Source of the DNA: Candidatus Thorarchaeota archaeon
GTDB taxonomy: Archaea > Asgardarchaeota > Thorarchaeia > Thorarchaeales > Thorarchaeaceae
Direction of reading: 5' to 3'
Assembly (NCBI GenBank): GCA_048882485.1
Contig: JBHLRP010000058.1
Span: 1-18,856 of the forward strand
DNA: 18,856 nucleotides
Shown: positions 8,170 through 16,324 of the stretch, one piece after another
How positions within the stretch are numbered: the first letter of the stretch is position 1
Layout: each line of letters opens with the position of its first letter
Notes under the pieces: generated by a model
Told to the model about the DNA's origin: nothing
The model's input: the letters and a program-made list of their open reading frames with translations, nothing else
Databases searched by the model: none
Position numbers and translations under genes: made by a program

Positions 8170-9466
8170 GTTTATATCATTTTGCAAAGGCATTCTTCGA
8201 CGCCTTTCGCGGCATACTTGTTTTCTTACGTTGTGAATATATGCGAAGGTACATACTCACTAACATGTGGAGAACCTACCGCTATCGAATGTATCCCAAC
8301 AAACGACAGTGGGAGTTAATCCGACAGAATATTGATGCTTGTCGATTCGTCTTTAATTGGGCGCTGGAGCACAAGAAAAGAACTTACGAGGGTGAGGGGA
8401 AATCCCTCTCTTGGTTTGATTTGAATAATATGCTTCGTGAATTAAAGACTGAAGAGCCCTGGCTCAAAGATGCATATTCACAATCGCTCCAAATGGCCAT
8501 TAGACGTGTCGATCTTGCATTCAAGCACTTCTATAGAAGAGTAAAGAATGGTGAGAAACCAGGATTTCCGAAATTTAAGTCCAAGAGAAATCTATCGCAA
8601 TCATTTGATATTCCTCAGTTTTTTGTAGTGGAATTCTCCAAAAAACGAGTAAAAGTACCGAAAATTGGCTACATTAAGACTGTATTTCATCGGGAATATA
8701 CGGGAAAGACTAGGCAAGCTGTAATTAAAATCGAAAAGTCTGGAAGAGTCTTCATCAACATCTTTGTCGAACTAAACGTCGAGCTCCCTGGACCATACAA
8801 AGTAAACAGAGAAAATACAGTTGGCTTGGATTTAGGCATAGCCAGTTACGCAATATCATCAAATGGTGAGAAGATAGACAATCCAAAGTATCTCGAAGAT
8901 TCTCTGCAACGGCTGATAGTTCTACAACGAAGGCTTAGCCGTAAGAAGAAAGGGTCCCATAACCATGAAAAGGCAAGGCGGCAAGTTGCCAAGCTCCATA
9001 ATCGAATTAGGAACCAGCGTCGTGATTTCCAACACAAGCTATCTACTAGAATGGTGTGCGAGAACCAAGGCATCGTAGTGGAAAGTTTGAATGTTTCTGG
9101 AATGATAAGAAATCCGAAACTCTCCAAAAGAATAGCTGATGCCGGATGGGCTGCTTTCATTATGATGTTGGAATATAAATGCAGATGCAGTGGTGTAGCG
9201 TTCATAAGAGTCGGACGGTTCGAGCCCACGTCAAAACTATGTAGCAATTGTGGTAATAAGAATGTCAACCTAGCACTTTCAGATCGCACGTGGACATGCC
9301 CTGCGTGTAAAACTGCACATGATAGAGATCACAATGCAGCTCTGAATATCAAACGATTAGGATTAGGAATTGATACACCCCAGGAACTGGGGGAAGAGCC
9401 TGTGGACCTGTCCCTTTGGGAAGGGTTGAAACAGGAAGCAGTTGACCTAGGTTAGCAGCAGTTCAC
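8170..9466 (+). mobile_element. IS200/IS605-family solo-tnpB element (IS1341-like, no tnpA)
   Basis: Candidate TAM TTGAT at 8165-8169, left-end hairpin GCAAAGGC/GCCTTTCGC at 8184-8210, and right end GAAGC-hairpin-GCAGTTCAC ending at 9466. The left boundary is uncertain. Confidence 0.75.
8265..9455 (+). CDS. tnpB: RNA-guided endonuclease TnpB
   Basis: N-terminal 'TYRYRMYP' HTH region, GFPKFK, RuvC-I VGLDLG, RuvC-II VVESL, zinc finger CSNC/CPAC, RuvC-III DRDHNAALNI. The D-E-D triad is intact. Confidence 0.96.
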   Translation: MWRTYRYRMYPNKRQWELIRQNIDACRFVFNWALEHKKRTYEGEGKSLSWFDLNNMLRELKTEEPWLKDAYSQSLQMAIRRVDLAFKHFYRRVKNGEKPGFPKFKSKRNLSQSFDIPQFFVVEFSKKRVKVPKIGYIKTVFHREYTGKTRQAVIKIEKSGRVFINIFVELNVELPGPYKVNRENTVGLDLGIASYAISSNGEKIDNPKYLEDSLQRLIVLQRRLSRKKKGSHNHEKARRQVAKLHNRIRNQRRDFQHKLSTRMVCENQGIVVESLNVSGMIRNPKLSKRIADAGWAAFIMMLEYKCRCSGVAFIRVGRFEPTSKLCSNCGNKNVNLALSDRTWTCPACKTAHDRDHNAALNIKRLGLGIDTPQELGEEPVDLSLWEGLKQEAVDLG

Positions 9467-9486
9467 GAAATTGTCGTTCTGTCCTG
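9340..9486 (+). ncRNA. Predicted TnpB omega/reRNA (scaffold overlapping the tnpB 3' end, guide ~9467-9486)
   Basis: Hairpins CCCCAG/CTGGGG, CCTGT/ACAGG and GTTGAC/GTTAGC precede the TCAC end. The guide position follows from established TnpB biology. The 5' limit is a guess. Confidence 0.6.
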
Positions 9487-9548
9487 TCACAATCCTAAAA
9501 TAGGTCTGTCTTTGTCGCGGCGATAAGATACAGGCAGACGTGATAGTG

Positions 9549-10214
9549 ATGGAGCGTTCACTCGTAGTAATCAAGCCCGATGGCACCATAAGAAGAACTG
9601 TTGGCGCCCTCGTTCTCAAGGACCTCATGGAACGTGGATTCCGCGTGAAAGCCTTCAAGGAGATGAAGGTTTCTGAGTCGTTGGCCAAATTGCATTATGA
9701 TATCCACAAGGAGAAACCCTTCTTCCCTTGGTTGGTTCAGTTCATCTCTTCAGCTCGAGTCTTGGCAATGATTCTGGAGGCTGATAATGTCATACAGGGT
9801 GTCCGTGACGCACTTGGCGCTACATTTGTGCAAAAAGCCGAACCAGACTCTCTTAGAGGAAAGTATGGGATTTGGTCTGGTATCAACATAGCCCATGCCT
9901 CAGACGGACCTGAAACTGCAACCACTGAGACCGCCTTATGGACCAAGGAAGGCGGTCTAGAAGAGTCCGAGGACGCTGAGAAAGCAGCCCAAGCATATAT
10001 CGAGAGGTACGCCCCTGCAAACATAGACTTGACAAAAGAGATTCGTGACTTGGTCGAGTCATCGATTGATGTGAATGATACATCATCTGCAGTTCTAGAA
10101 TCCCTCGAAGACCTATTCGGAAGGGACTCAGAGGGCGTTGATGAGAGTGAAATTAAGGCACTTGCATTAGCGGTCTTTGACTTCATCAAGGAGGAAGTCG
10201 AAAAGAAAGAGTAG
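9549..10214 (+). CDS. ndk: Nucleoside diphosphate kinase with C-terminal extension
   Basis: ERSLVVIKPDG, LHY, KPFF, VRDALGAT, SLRG, NIAHASD (catalytic His). Alternative GTG start at 9540. Confidence 0.92.
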   Translation: MERSLVVIKPDGTIRRTVGALVLKDLMERGFRVKAFKEMKVSESLAKLHYDIHKEKPFFPWLVQFISSARVLAMILEADNVIQGVRDALGATFVQKAEPDSLRGKYGIWSGINIAHASDGPETATTETALWTKEGGLEESEDAEKAAQAYIERYAPANIDLTKEIRDLVESSIDVNDTSSAVLESLEDLFGRDSEGVDESEIKALALAVFDFIKEEVEKKE

Positions 10215-10272
10215 AGACCTTTGGTGGTACTGGTGTTCCACCTAGGTCATCCTGATTGGTTGAAAAGCCCAT

Positions 10273-10470
10273 TTACTTGGCTTTTCCACCTTTTTGGAAG
10301 CCTTTCGCCCACTTTGTAGCTCTAGGCTTCATCCTACGTTTGAGTCTAGCTACTTTGCACTTGTTTGAGCAGAACCACAGTACTGCGCCGTCCTTTGTCT
10401 GTACAAAGGCAGATCCAGTTCCAGGTTCAATGTCCTTTTCGCAGAAACTACAGCGTTGGGTGCCTACCAA
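10273..10470 (-). CDS. rpl24e: 50S ribosomal protein L24e
   Basis: CSFC..IEPGTG...FCSNKC zinc motif, KWAK. Confidence 0.95.
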   Translation of the reverse strand: MVGTQRCSFCEKDIEPGTGSAFVQTKDGAVLWFCSNKCKVARLKRRMKPRATKWAKGFQKGGKAK

Positions 10471-10474
10471 TCCC

Positions 10475-10705
10475 TTAGCGCCTCCTCATCTTGCGCGCTT
10501 CACGTTCAGTTTCACGCAGAATGAGAATGTCACCCATTCTGACCGGCCCCTTCACGTTTCGCGTGAGGACTCGTCCCTTATCCCGGCCTTCCATAATCTT
10601 GACTCGAACCTGAGTGATTTCTCCGGTCACTCCTGTTCGGCCCAGCAATTGAATGACTTCGGCGGGGATTGCTGGAGTCACTTCTTCTTCTTCTTTCTTG
10701 CTCAT
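10475..10705 (-). CDS. rps28e: 30S ribosomal protein S28e
   Basis: [12 protein letters not shown]...[23 protein letters not shown]. Confidence 0.97.
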   Translation of the reverse strand: MSKKEEEEVTPAIPAEVIQLLGRTGVTGEITQVRVKIMEGRDKGRVLTRNVKGPVRMGDILILRETEREARKMRRR

Positions 10706-10725
10706 CGAAAGCCATCACCTAAGAC

Positions 10726-11097
10726 TTACTTGCGCAGAGCACCAATCTTCTCGACAACATCGGTCAAGAGATCTTTGGCTTTTCCTTCAACAACAATAGC
10801 AACAGCAGCTGTAGGTCTTTCAATACCGGCAGCATTTCCTAGATCTCTCTTGCTGGGTACAAAGATGTAGGGTGCTTTCCTATCGTCACACAGACCTGGG
10901 ATGTACATAATCACCTCTGCGGGTTCAACATCCTCTGCAACAATCACTAAACGAGCAAGTCCTCGTTCGATGCTCTTTGTTGTTTCGTTAATTCCTTTCT
11001 TGATTCTGCCAGTGTCTTTGGCAACTTCAAGTGCCTCTAGGGCCTTCTTCTGAAGCTCTTCAGTAGCTTCCCATTCAACGAATGACGGCTTTGGCAT
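10726..11097 (-). CDS. rpl7ae: 50S ribosomal protein L7Ae
   Basis: KKGINETTKSIERG, AEDVEP, LGNAAGI. Confidence 0.97.
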   Translation of the reverse strand: MPKPSFVEWEATEELQKKALEALEVAKDTGRIKKGINETTKSIERGLARLVIVAEDVEPAEVIMYIPGLCDDRKAPYIFVPSKRDLGNAAGIERPTAAVAIVVEGKAKDLLTDVVEKIGALRK

Positions 11098-11186
11098 TTT
11101 TCTACCTCTGTTCTCACTTCATTGGTATGAATAAGACTTACACATCCAATCTAGGATGCGTTCTCACCGGCCCAATCTCCAACTTC

Positions 11187-11200
11187 TTTTAAAACTGTCG
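11187..11200 (-). promoter_or_regulatory. BRE-TATA promoter of the rpl7ae operon
   Basis: CGACAG-TTTTAAAA on the minus strand, about 90 nt upstream of the ATG. Confidence 0.6.
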
Positions 11201-11214
11201 AAGTGTCATGCCGC

Positions 11215-12210
11215 TCAATAATAGTTCAAGTCTTTCAAGGCCTGAAGAATCTCCGCATCACTAGGTTCTTGATGTTGAAGGACTGAATAGCGATTTCGTC
11301 GAGTCATTATGTCCAATGCATGATAGACATTGTCAAGAAATTGGTCAGATGATATACCGAAGTCATCTAGCTTGGAGGGCATTGCATGATCAATCAAGAA
11401 CTGATGCATATTCTCTGCTTTGTAGTCGCTATAGCCTGCTTCCTCGAGGTAGCTCACACATAGTGGCATTGTAAAGGCGACCTGGAGACCATGTAAGTCA
11501 GTAGGCTCTCTATCCATTGCATGGGAAATTGCATGTTCTGTGCCGGAGCAAGGTCTTGAACTCCCAAAGATGCTCATTGCTCTGCCTGCGTCAATCTCTG
11601 CTCGGACTAGAGTTTCTAGACTCTCATCCTGTAATATTGATTCAAGTGCCGACTTGACCAGACTATAGACTCTCTTATCGAATGGCTCGTCCCTTTTCTC
11701 GTAGGCAAGGCGCCACTCACCAAGGCTGGAGGCCTTGCAGACGATGTCACCGATTCCAGCTAGCCTGAGCTTGGGAGGCGCCTTTTCAATGATTGAGAGA
11801 TCCGCAATCACGCCTATAGGGCCTTTACATTTCTCTGAGTATCTATATCCATCATGACTCACTGATGCAACATCACTGGCTATTCCATCGTGAGATGCTG
11901 CTGTTGGGACTGCTATCCAATTAAGATTGGTATCCCTCGCTAGAAGCTTAGCGGTATCTATGCTCCGCCCTCCTCCAAATCCCAGAATGACGTCTCTTCC
12001 ACTAGCCTTGGAAGTATTACCTCTCTCATATTCCGATACTAATAACCAGACAACTTCTCCACCCATGAAATCCTCAACAACTTCTCTATACTCAGCATGC
12101 AATAGTTCATCGGTCACAAAGATTGGCCGTCTGTAATCCTCCAAGAAGTCGTCGACCTTACTCAGAGCCCCTTTTCTAATCACTATGAACTGGGGATCCA
12201 CAATGGACAT
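11215..12210 (-). CDS. egsA: sn-glycerol-1-phosphate dehydrogenase
   Basis: GGGRSIDTAK, PTAASHDGIAS, SSRPCSGTEHAISHA, LHGLQVA. Confidence 0.92.
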   Translation of the reverse strand: MSIVDPQFIVIRKGALSKVDDFLEDYRRPIFVTDELLHAEYREVVEDFMGGEVVWLLVSEYERGNTSKASGRDVILGFGGGRSIDTAKLLARDTNLNWIAVPTAASHDGIASDVASVSHDGYRYSEKCKGPIGVIADLSIIEKAPPKLRLAGIGDIVCKASSLGEWRLAYEKRDEPFDKRVYSLVKSALESILQDESLETLVRAEIDAGRAMSIFGSSRPCSGTEHAISHAMDREPTDLHGLQVAFTMPLCVSYLEEAGYSDYKAENMHQFLIDHAMPSKLDDFGISSDQFLDNVYHALDIMTRRNRYSVLQHQEPSDAEILQALKDLNYY

Positions 12211-12420
12211 GTCAACAACTCCAAAGTGGTGGCTGTGCTACCCTAGTTAAGCTCTTCTGTTGGGCGCCCAATTTCAAAAACGTTTGCCCTCTCTCAGTAG
12301 CCTTAAGTATCACATCGACCCGCTCCGAGCAGCAGTCAGTGTTACCTGGGAAATACATCAGCTGATATGTTTGCTATCTAACAGCTGATGTGATGACCAT
12401 TTAATTGGGAGTCTAGAATC

Positions 12421-12918
12421 ATGACCCGATATGTCAAGGTCGCTCTCATGGGCTCTGGTTTCGCAGGCAAGTCCACCCTGATCAAGCTTCTTACTGATGG
12501 CACACAGAAGCTAAAGGTGAACTATCAACCAACAGCAGGGATGGATTGCGGAACAATCACTCTTGACAGTAATACCAAGGTTTCACTAGTCGAGATGGGT
12601 GGCCAGTCTCATTTTGAGTTCATGTGGGCAGATTTGATGAGGGGCAGTACAATGGTGGTATTGGTCACTGAAAGCAATCCTAAGGCTGTACTCAAGACCC
12701 GCCAGCTTCTCCACAAATACAAGGACAAGTTCAATGGAGCTCGCGTGATTGCCATAGCGAATAAGCAGGATGTTCCAGGGTCCATGAGGCCGGAGTCGGT
12801 AGAGGATCTGCTTGGAGTACCAACATACGGAATGGTGGCAATCGACCCCAAACAGCGTATCCATGGATACAAGCTAATTGTCAACGGTCTAAGAGACATG
12901 ATTCGTGTGGCTGCATAA
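12421..12918 (+). CDS. Ras-superfamily (Arf/Rab-like) small GTPase
   Basis: G1 GSGFAGKS, G2 YQPTAG, G3-like EMGGQ, G4 NKQD; 165 aa. Confidence 0.88.
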   Translation: MTRYVKVALMGSGFAGKSTLIKLLTDGTQKLKVNYQPTAGMDCGTITLDSNTKVSLVEMGGQSHFEFMWADLMRGSTMVVLVTESNPKAVLKTRQLLHKYKDKFNGARVIAIANKQDVPGSMRPESVEDLLGVPTYGMVAIDPKQRIHGYKLIVNGLRDMIRVAA

Positions 12919-12970
12919 TCCATTCTTAGCTTTGGGAGTGTTTCAACGCTCCTGAAAGAAAGTCCTAAGG

Positions 12971-13104
12971 TAATGCTTTTATACAGACCACCGTGTGATG
13001 AAATCGCCCAGGGCACGGGCGAGAGAGCTATTGGGCAACGCCTTGTAGCGAGTCCGTCCGGGATAATGTGTTTTGGGTGAACACCTCCACGGTCAGGTGA
13101 GCCA
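12971..13104 (+). promoter_or_regulatory. rpoD operon promoter (TTTTATA 12977-12983) and structured 5' leader
   Basis: TATA box followed by nested helices and a CACCT/AGGTG hairpin over the SD. Confidence 0.55.
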
Positions 13105-13905
13105 ATGGATATAATGATCATACACCGGCAAGATGATGCCCTTCACTTTCTTGTGGAAGGCATTGACGTTGCATTTGCAAATGCACTTCGGAGAACAATG
13201 CTTACCCGCGTGCCTGCAATGGCAATTGATGAGGTGCTTGTGCTTGAGAATACCAGTGTCATGTATGACGAGATTCTCGCTCACAGACTTGGTCTAGTAC
13301 CTCTCATCACTGATCTAGAGAGCTATAATCTCCCTCAGGATTGTGACTGTGAGGGGAAGGGATGCAGTCTATGTCAGTGCACGCTCACTCTTGAGAAGGA
13401 GTCGGGGAGCGAAGAGATAGTCGTTTACTCGGGAGACCTTGTTTCACAAGATCCCAAAGTGTTGCCCTCAAGTGGAGAAATTCCTCTTGTCAAGCTTGCA
13501 CCTAACCAGAGGCTCATTATAGAAGCGTACGCACGTCTGGGCACTGGCCTTGAGAATGCGAAGTTTCAACCAGTATCCACTGTGGCATACAAGTACGTTC
13601 CTATAGTTGAAATTGACAAGGACAAATGCACAAAGTGTGAGGCATGTGTGGAGGTCTGCCCAAAGAAGATTTTCGTAATCGATAAGGACACACTGGCTAC
13701 CCAGAACACCTTGGACTGTACCATGTGTGAGTTATGTGTTCAGGAATGCGAACCAGGGGCAATTACGATAGGGTCTAAGAACGACGCCTTTCTTTTCAAA
13801 GTCGAGTCAACCGGTGCACTTTCTCCTGAGGCAATCGTTGAGAAAGCCGCAGACACGCTGAAAAACAGAATCAGAGTATCTCTCGACTTTGTTGGTAAAT
13901 TATGA
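13105..13905 (+). CDS. rpoD: DNA-directed RNA polymerase subunit D (Rpo3) with ferredoxin-like domain
   Basis: ANALRR, NTSVMYDEILAHRLGLVP, AKFQP, VESTGAL, and two CxxCxxCxxxC motifs. Confidence 0.97.
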   Translation: MDIMIIHRQDDALHFLVEGIDVAFANALRRTMLTRVPAMAIDEVLVLENTSVMYDEILAHRLGLVPLITDLESYNLPQDCDCEGKGCSLCQCTLTLEKESGSEEIVVYSGDLVSQDPKVLPSSGEIPLVKLAPNQRLIIEAYARLGTGLENAKFQPVSTVAYKYVPIVEIDKDKCTKCEACVEVCPKKIFVIDKDTLATQNTLDCTMCELCVQECEPGAITIGSKNDAFLFKVESTGALSPEAIVEKAADTLKNRIRVSLDFVGKL

Positions 13906-13916
13906 GGTGAATACAA

Positions 13917-14279
13917 TTGGTAAAATCAGGACCAACTGACCCCAACACTCGCGCACTCATCAATGCACTGAGAAAGACATCTACCAAGCATGATGCAAAG
14001 ATATGGAAGAGGGTCGCTGAGTTGGTGTCGCGTCCCGCCAGAAAACGAGCTACAGTAAACATTGGAAAAATTGGACGCCATACACAAGCCGGTGATGTGG
14101 TAGTGGTCCCAGGAAAGGTACTGGGCTCTGGAAACCTACCCCATAAGGTGACAGTGGCAGCGTTAAACGCTTCCGCTTCTGCCCGATCAGTGATTGTTGG
14201 AGCAGGAGGATCACTAATCACTATTGACGAGCTCCTGACGAAGGTTCCAAAGGGGAAGGGAGTGACAATTATCGTTTAG
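13917..14279 (+). CDS. rpl18e: 50S ribosomal protein L18e
   Basis: VNIGKI, VVVPGKVLGSG. TTG start after the SD GAGGTGA. Confidence 0.96.
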   Translation: MVKSGPTDPNTRALINALRKTSTKHDAKIWKRVAELVSRPARKRATVNIGKIGRHTQAGDVVVVPGKVLGSGNLPHKVTVAALNASASARSVIVGAGGSLITIDELLTKVPKGKGVTIIV

Positions 14280-14288
14280 GTGGTTTCA

Positions 14289-14741
14289 ATGAGCGAGAAA
14301 GAAGTAAAGGTCTACGATGCCGAGAATATGGTCATTGGGAGATTAGCCTCGAAGGTGGCAAAGGCTGCTCTTCTTGGCAATAAAGTGGCTATAGTGAATG
14401 TTGAGAAGGCTATAATCACTGGTGACAAGTACACGGTCATTGAAGCCTACAAGGAGAAGTTCAATATTCGTACTTCCTATAATCCACGAAAAGGACCCTT
14501 CCATCATCGTCGTCCAGACAAGATGGTCCGGAGGATTATTCGAGGTATGTTACCATGGCCCACTCCTCGTGGGAAAGCGGCCTACAAGAGAATACAATGC
14601 TTCATGGGCATACCAGAGAGGTATGCGGAATCAGAGAAGATTATTCTCGAAGGCTCTAAGTACAAGAGTCTACGGCAGAAGTACATCACGGTCGAAAACC
14701 TGAGCTATGAGCTCGGATGGAGAAACCCGGAGGTCGTCTGA
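14289..14741 (+). CDS. rpl13: 50S ribosomal protein L13
   Basis: DAENMVIGRLASKVAK, RRIIRGMLP. Confidence 0.96.
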   Translation: MSEKEVKVYDAENMVIGRLASKVAKAALLGNKVAIVNVEKAIITGDKYTVIEAYKEKFNIRTSYNPRKGPFHHRRPDKMVRRIIRGMLPWPTPRGKAAYKRIQCFMGIPERYAESEKIILEGSKYKSLRQKYITVENLSYELGWRNPEVV

Positions 14742-14742
14742 A

Positions 14743-15147
14743 ATGGCAATTAGAGTAGTCGTTTCAACTGGAAAGAGGAAGACGTCCCTAGCAAAGGCGA
14801 CCATCAAGAACGGTCGTGGGCGCATCAGAATCAATGGAAGGCCTCTTGAGATACACCAGCCCGAGGTCGCAAAGATGAGAATCATGGAGCCCCTAATTCT
14901 CTTCGGCAAAGGTTGGAAGAAATATGACATAAGAGTGCGTGTTAGTGGCGGAGGTGTCATGAGTCAAGCTGATGCGGTGCGAATGTCAATTGCAACTGGT
15001 CTGTTCCGAATGAGCCAGGACTACGAGGCACGCTCTCGAATGCTGGAGCATGACAGGACCATGTTGGTCGGAGACCCCCGACGAACAGAGCCAAAGAAGT
15101 TTGGAGGGCCCTCAGCACGCTCCCGATATCAGAAGTCTTACAGGTGA
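14743..15147 (+). CDS. rps9: 30S ribosomal protein S9
   Basis: GKRKTS, GGGVMSQADA, EPKKFGGPSARSRYQKSYR. Start placed at ATG 14743. Confidence 0.97.
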   Translation: MAIRVVVSTGKRKTSLAKATIKNGRGRIRINGRPLEIHQPEVAKMRIMEPLILFGKGWKKYDIRVRVSGGGVMSQADAVRMSIATGLFRMSQDYEARSRMLEHDRTMLVGDPRRTEPKKFGGPSARSRYQKSYR

Positions 15148-15156
15148 GGCAAAATT

Positions 15157-15372
15157 ATGATAATTCCAATTCGATGTTTTACGTGTGGAAAACTAGTAGC
15201 TGACAAGTATGAGCAGTTCAAGCGCCAAGTTCGCCAAGGAGAAGACCCAGCGGCGGTCCTAGATAGCCTAGGGCTTCATAGGTATTGCTGCAGAAGAATG
15301 CTGTTGTCTCATATTGATATCATTGATAGCTTCATGGCATTCGCTACAACAGAGGTTGTGGAGGGTAAATAG
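15157..15372 (+). CDS. rpoN: DNA-directed RNA polymerase subunit N (Rpo10)
   Basis: [12 protein letters not shown]...[11 protein letters not shown]. Confidence 0.98.
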   Translation: MIIPIRCFTCGKLVADKYEQFKRQVRQGEDPAAVLDSLGLHRYCCRRMLLSHIDIIDSFMAFATTEVVEGK

Positions 15373-15373
15373 G

Positions 15374-15427
15374 ATGAGTGAAACAGAGATTCCTGAAGCC
15401 GAGCTCTTGACACCAATGGACAAGTAG
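15374..15427 (+). pseudogene. rps2: Truncated 5' stub of rps2 (17 codons)
   Basis: MSETEIPEAELLTPMDK* vs MSEIETSDVELLTPMDKY at 18060 (12/17 identical). Starts 1 nt after the rpoN stop. Confidence 0.88.
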
Positions 15428-15546
15428 CTCGGCAATTCATACCTGAAGAGTGCCTGTCGCAGTCAATCTGACTTGAACAGATGCGGTTTTTCTTCCTTGT
15501 ATGCACAAGAGGATTGAGAATCTCGATGGTCAATCATGACATTGAA

Positions 15547-16224
15547 TCAGCTCCGCTTATCAATCACACAAAACACGCTTGAGTTGTCAACCTCAATGAC
15601 CCTTGATTCTATGCCCATCTGCATAGTCAGGTCCTCAAACCTGCTTGGATTGAAAGTCGCAGCACGAAAACCATCCTCACAGACAATCACTCCATTACCT
15701 GTGGCTTCCCAATCTATCTTACCTATGAGTCCATAGGAGGACTGAAGTCTAAACCATTCCAGTCTATCCTCCCAGAATTTGTCAGAATAGCTTGAGAACA
15801 GGCACATACCGCCAGGACTGGTCACTCGTAGACTCTCTTTAACAAGAGTATGAGGATCTACCTTGAATGCCGAGATTCCATTTTGTATACAAACAACAAT
15901 GTCGAAGCAATTCCCTCTCAGACCTAGTGTGGCTGCATTCATTTGAAAGAGATCGCAGTTGCGCTCTGATTCCAACAGCAAATTAGCCATCCTCAGGCTC
16001 TCCAAGGATGTATCAATGCCAACAACATGTTTAGAACACGGACTCATCTGACTCAACACCCTTCCATATCCGCAACCTAGTTCCAACACAGAATGGTGTG
16101 GCTCCACATAGCTGAGGACATACTGGATCTCAGCATCTAGATATTGCTTGACTCTGGGCGGTGCAATATCGTAGCATCTCTTCAATCTCTCGGCAGAGAG
16201 TCTGGCGGAATAATACTCTTTCAT
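15547..16224 (-). CDS. Class I SAM-dependent methyltransferase
   Basis: Motif I VLELGCGYGR, VVGIDTS, FDIVVC, RVTSPGG. Confidence 0.9.
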   Translation of the reverse strand: MKEYYSARLSAERLKRCYDIAPPRVKQYLDAEIQYVLSYVEPHHSVLELGCGYGRVLSQMSPCSKHVVGIDTSLESLRMANLLLESERNCDLFQMNAATLGLRGNCFDIVVCIQNGISAFKVDPHTLVKESLRVTSPGGMCLFSSYSDKFWEDRLEWFRLQSSYGLIGKIDWEATGNGVIVCEDGFRAATFNPSRFEDLTMQMGIESRVIEVDNSSVFCVIDKRS

Positions 16225-16324
16225 CAGTGATCTGCACTACATTTCTTCTGTCTAAGTTCTACTCTCTCAATCGTTGCTTATTAGTTCAATCAGAATAACG
16301 AGGACTTTGCTTATAGTTTTGCTA

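Noticed and set aside
9470-9477. TnpB guide targeting the tRNA promoter (shared ATTGTCGT with 4511-4518)
   Set aside because: Only 8 nt, not at the guide 5' seed, and with no adjacent TAM; compatible with chance.
10256-10870. 204-aa plus-strand ORF and other antisense ORFs (309-581, 8846-9289, 9737-10189, 12609-13121, 13871-14221)
   Set aside because: Shadows of well-identified genes on the opposite strand.
11098-11170. L7Ae autoregulatory K-turn in the rpl7ae leader
   Set aside because: Two hairpins are present (CGCATCC/GGATGTG and TTCAT/ATGAA), but I could not place tandem G-A pairs with a bulge.
13004-13090. tRNA, 5S rRNA or C/D sRNA upstream of rpoD
   Set aside because: No T-loop or cloverleaf and no 5S motifs. 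The GTGATGA box lies upstream of the predicted TSS with no properly placed CTGA.
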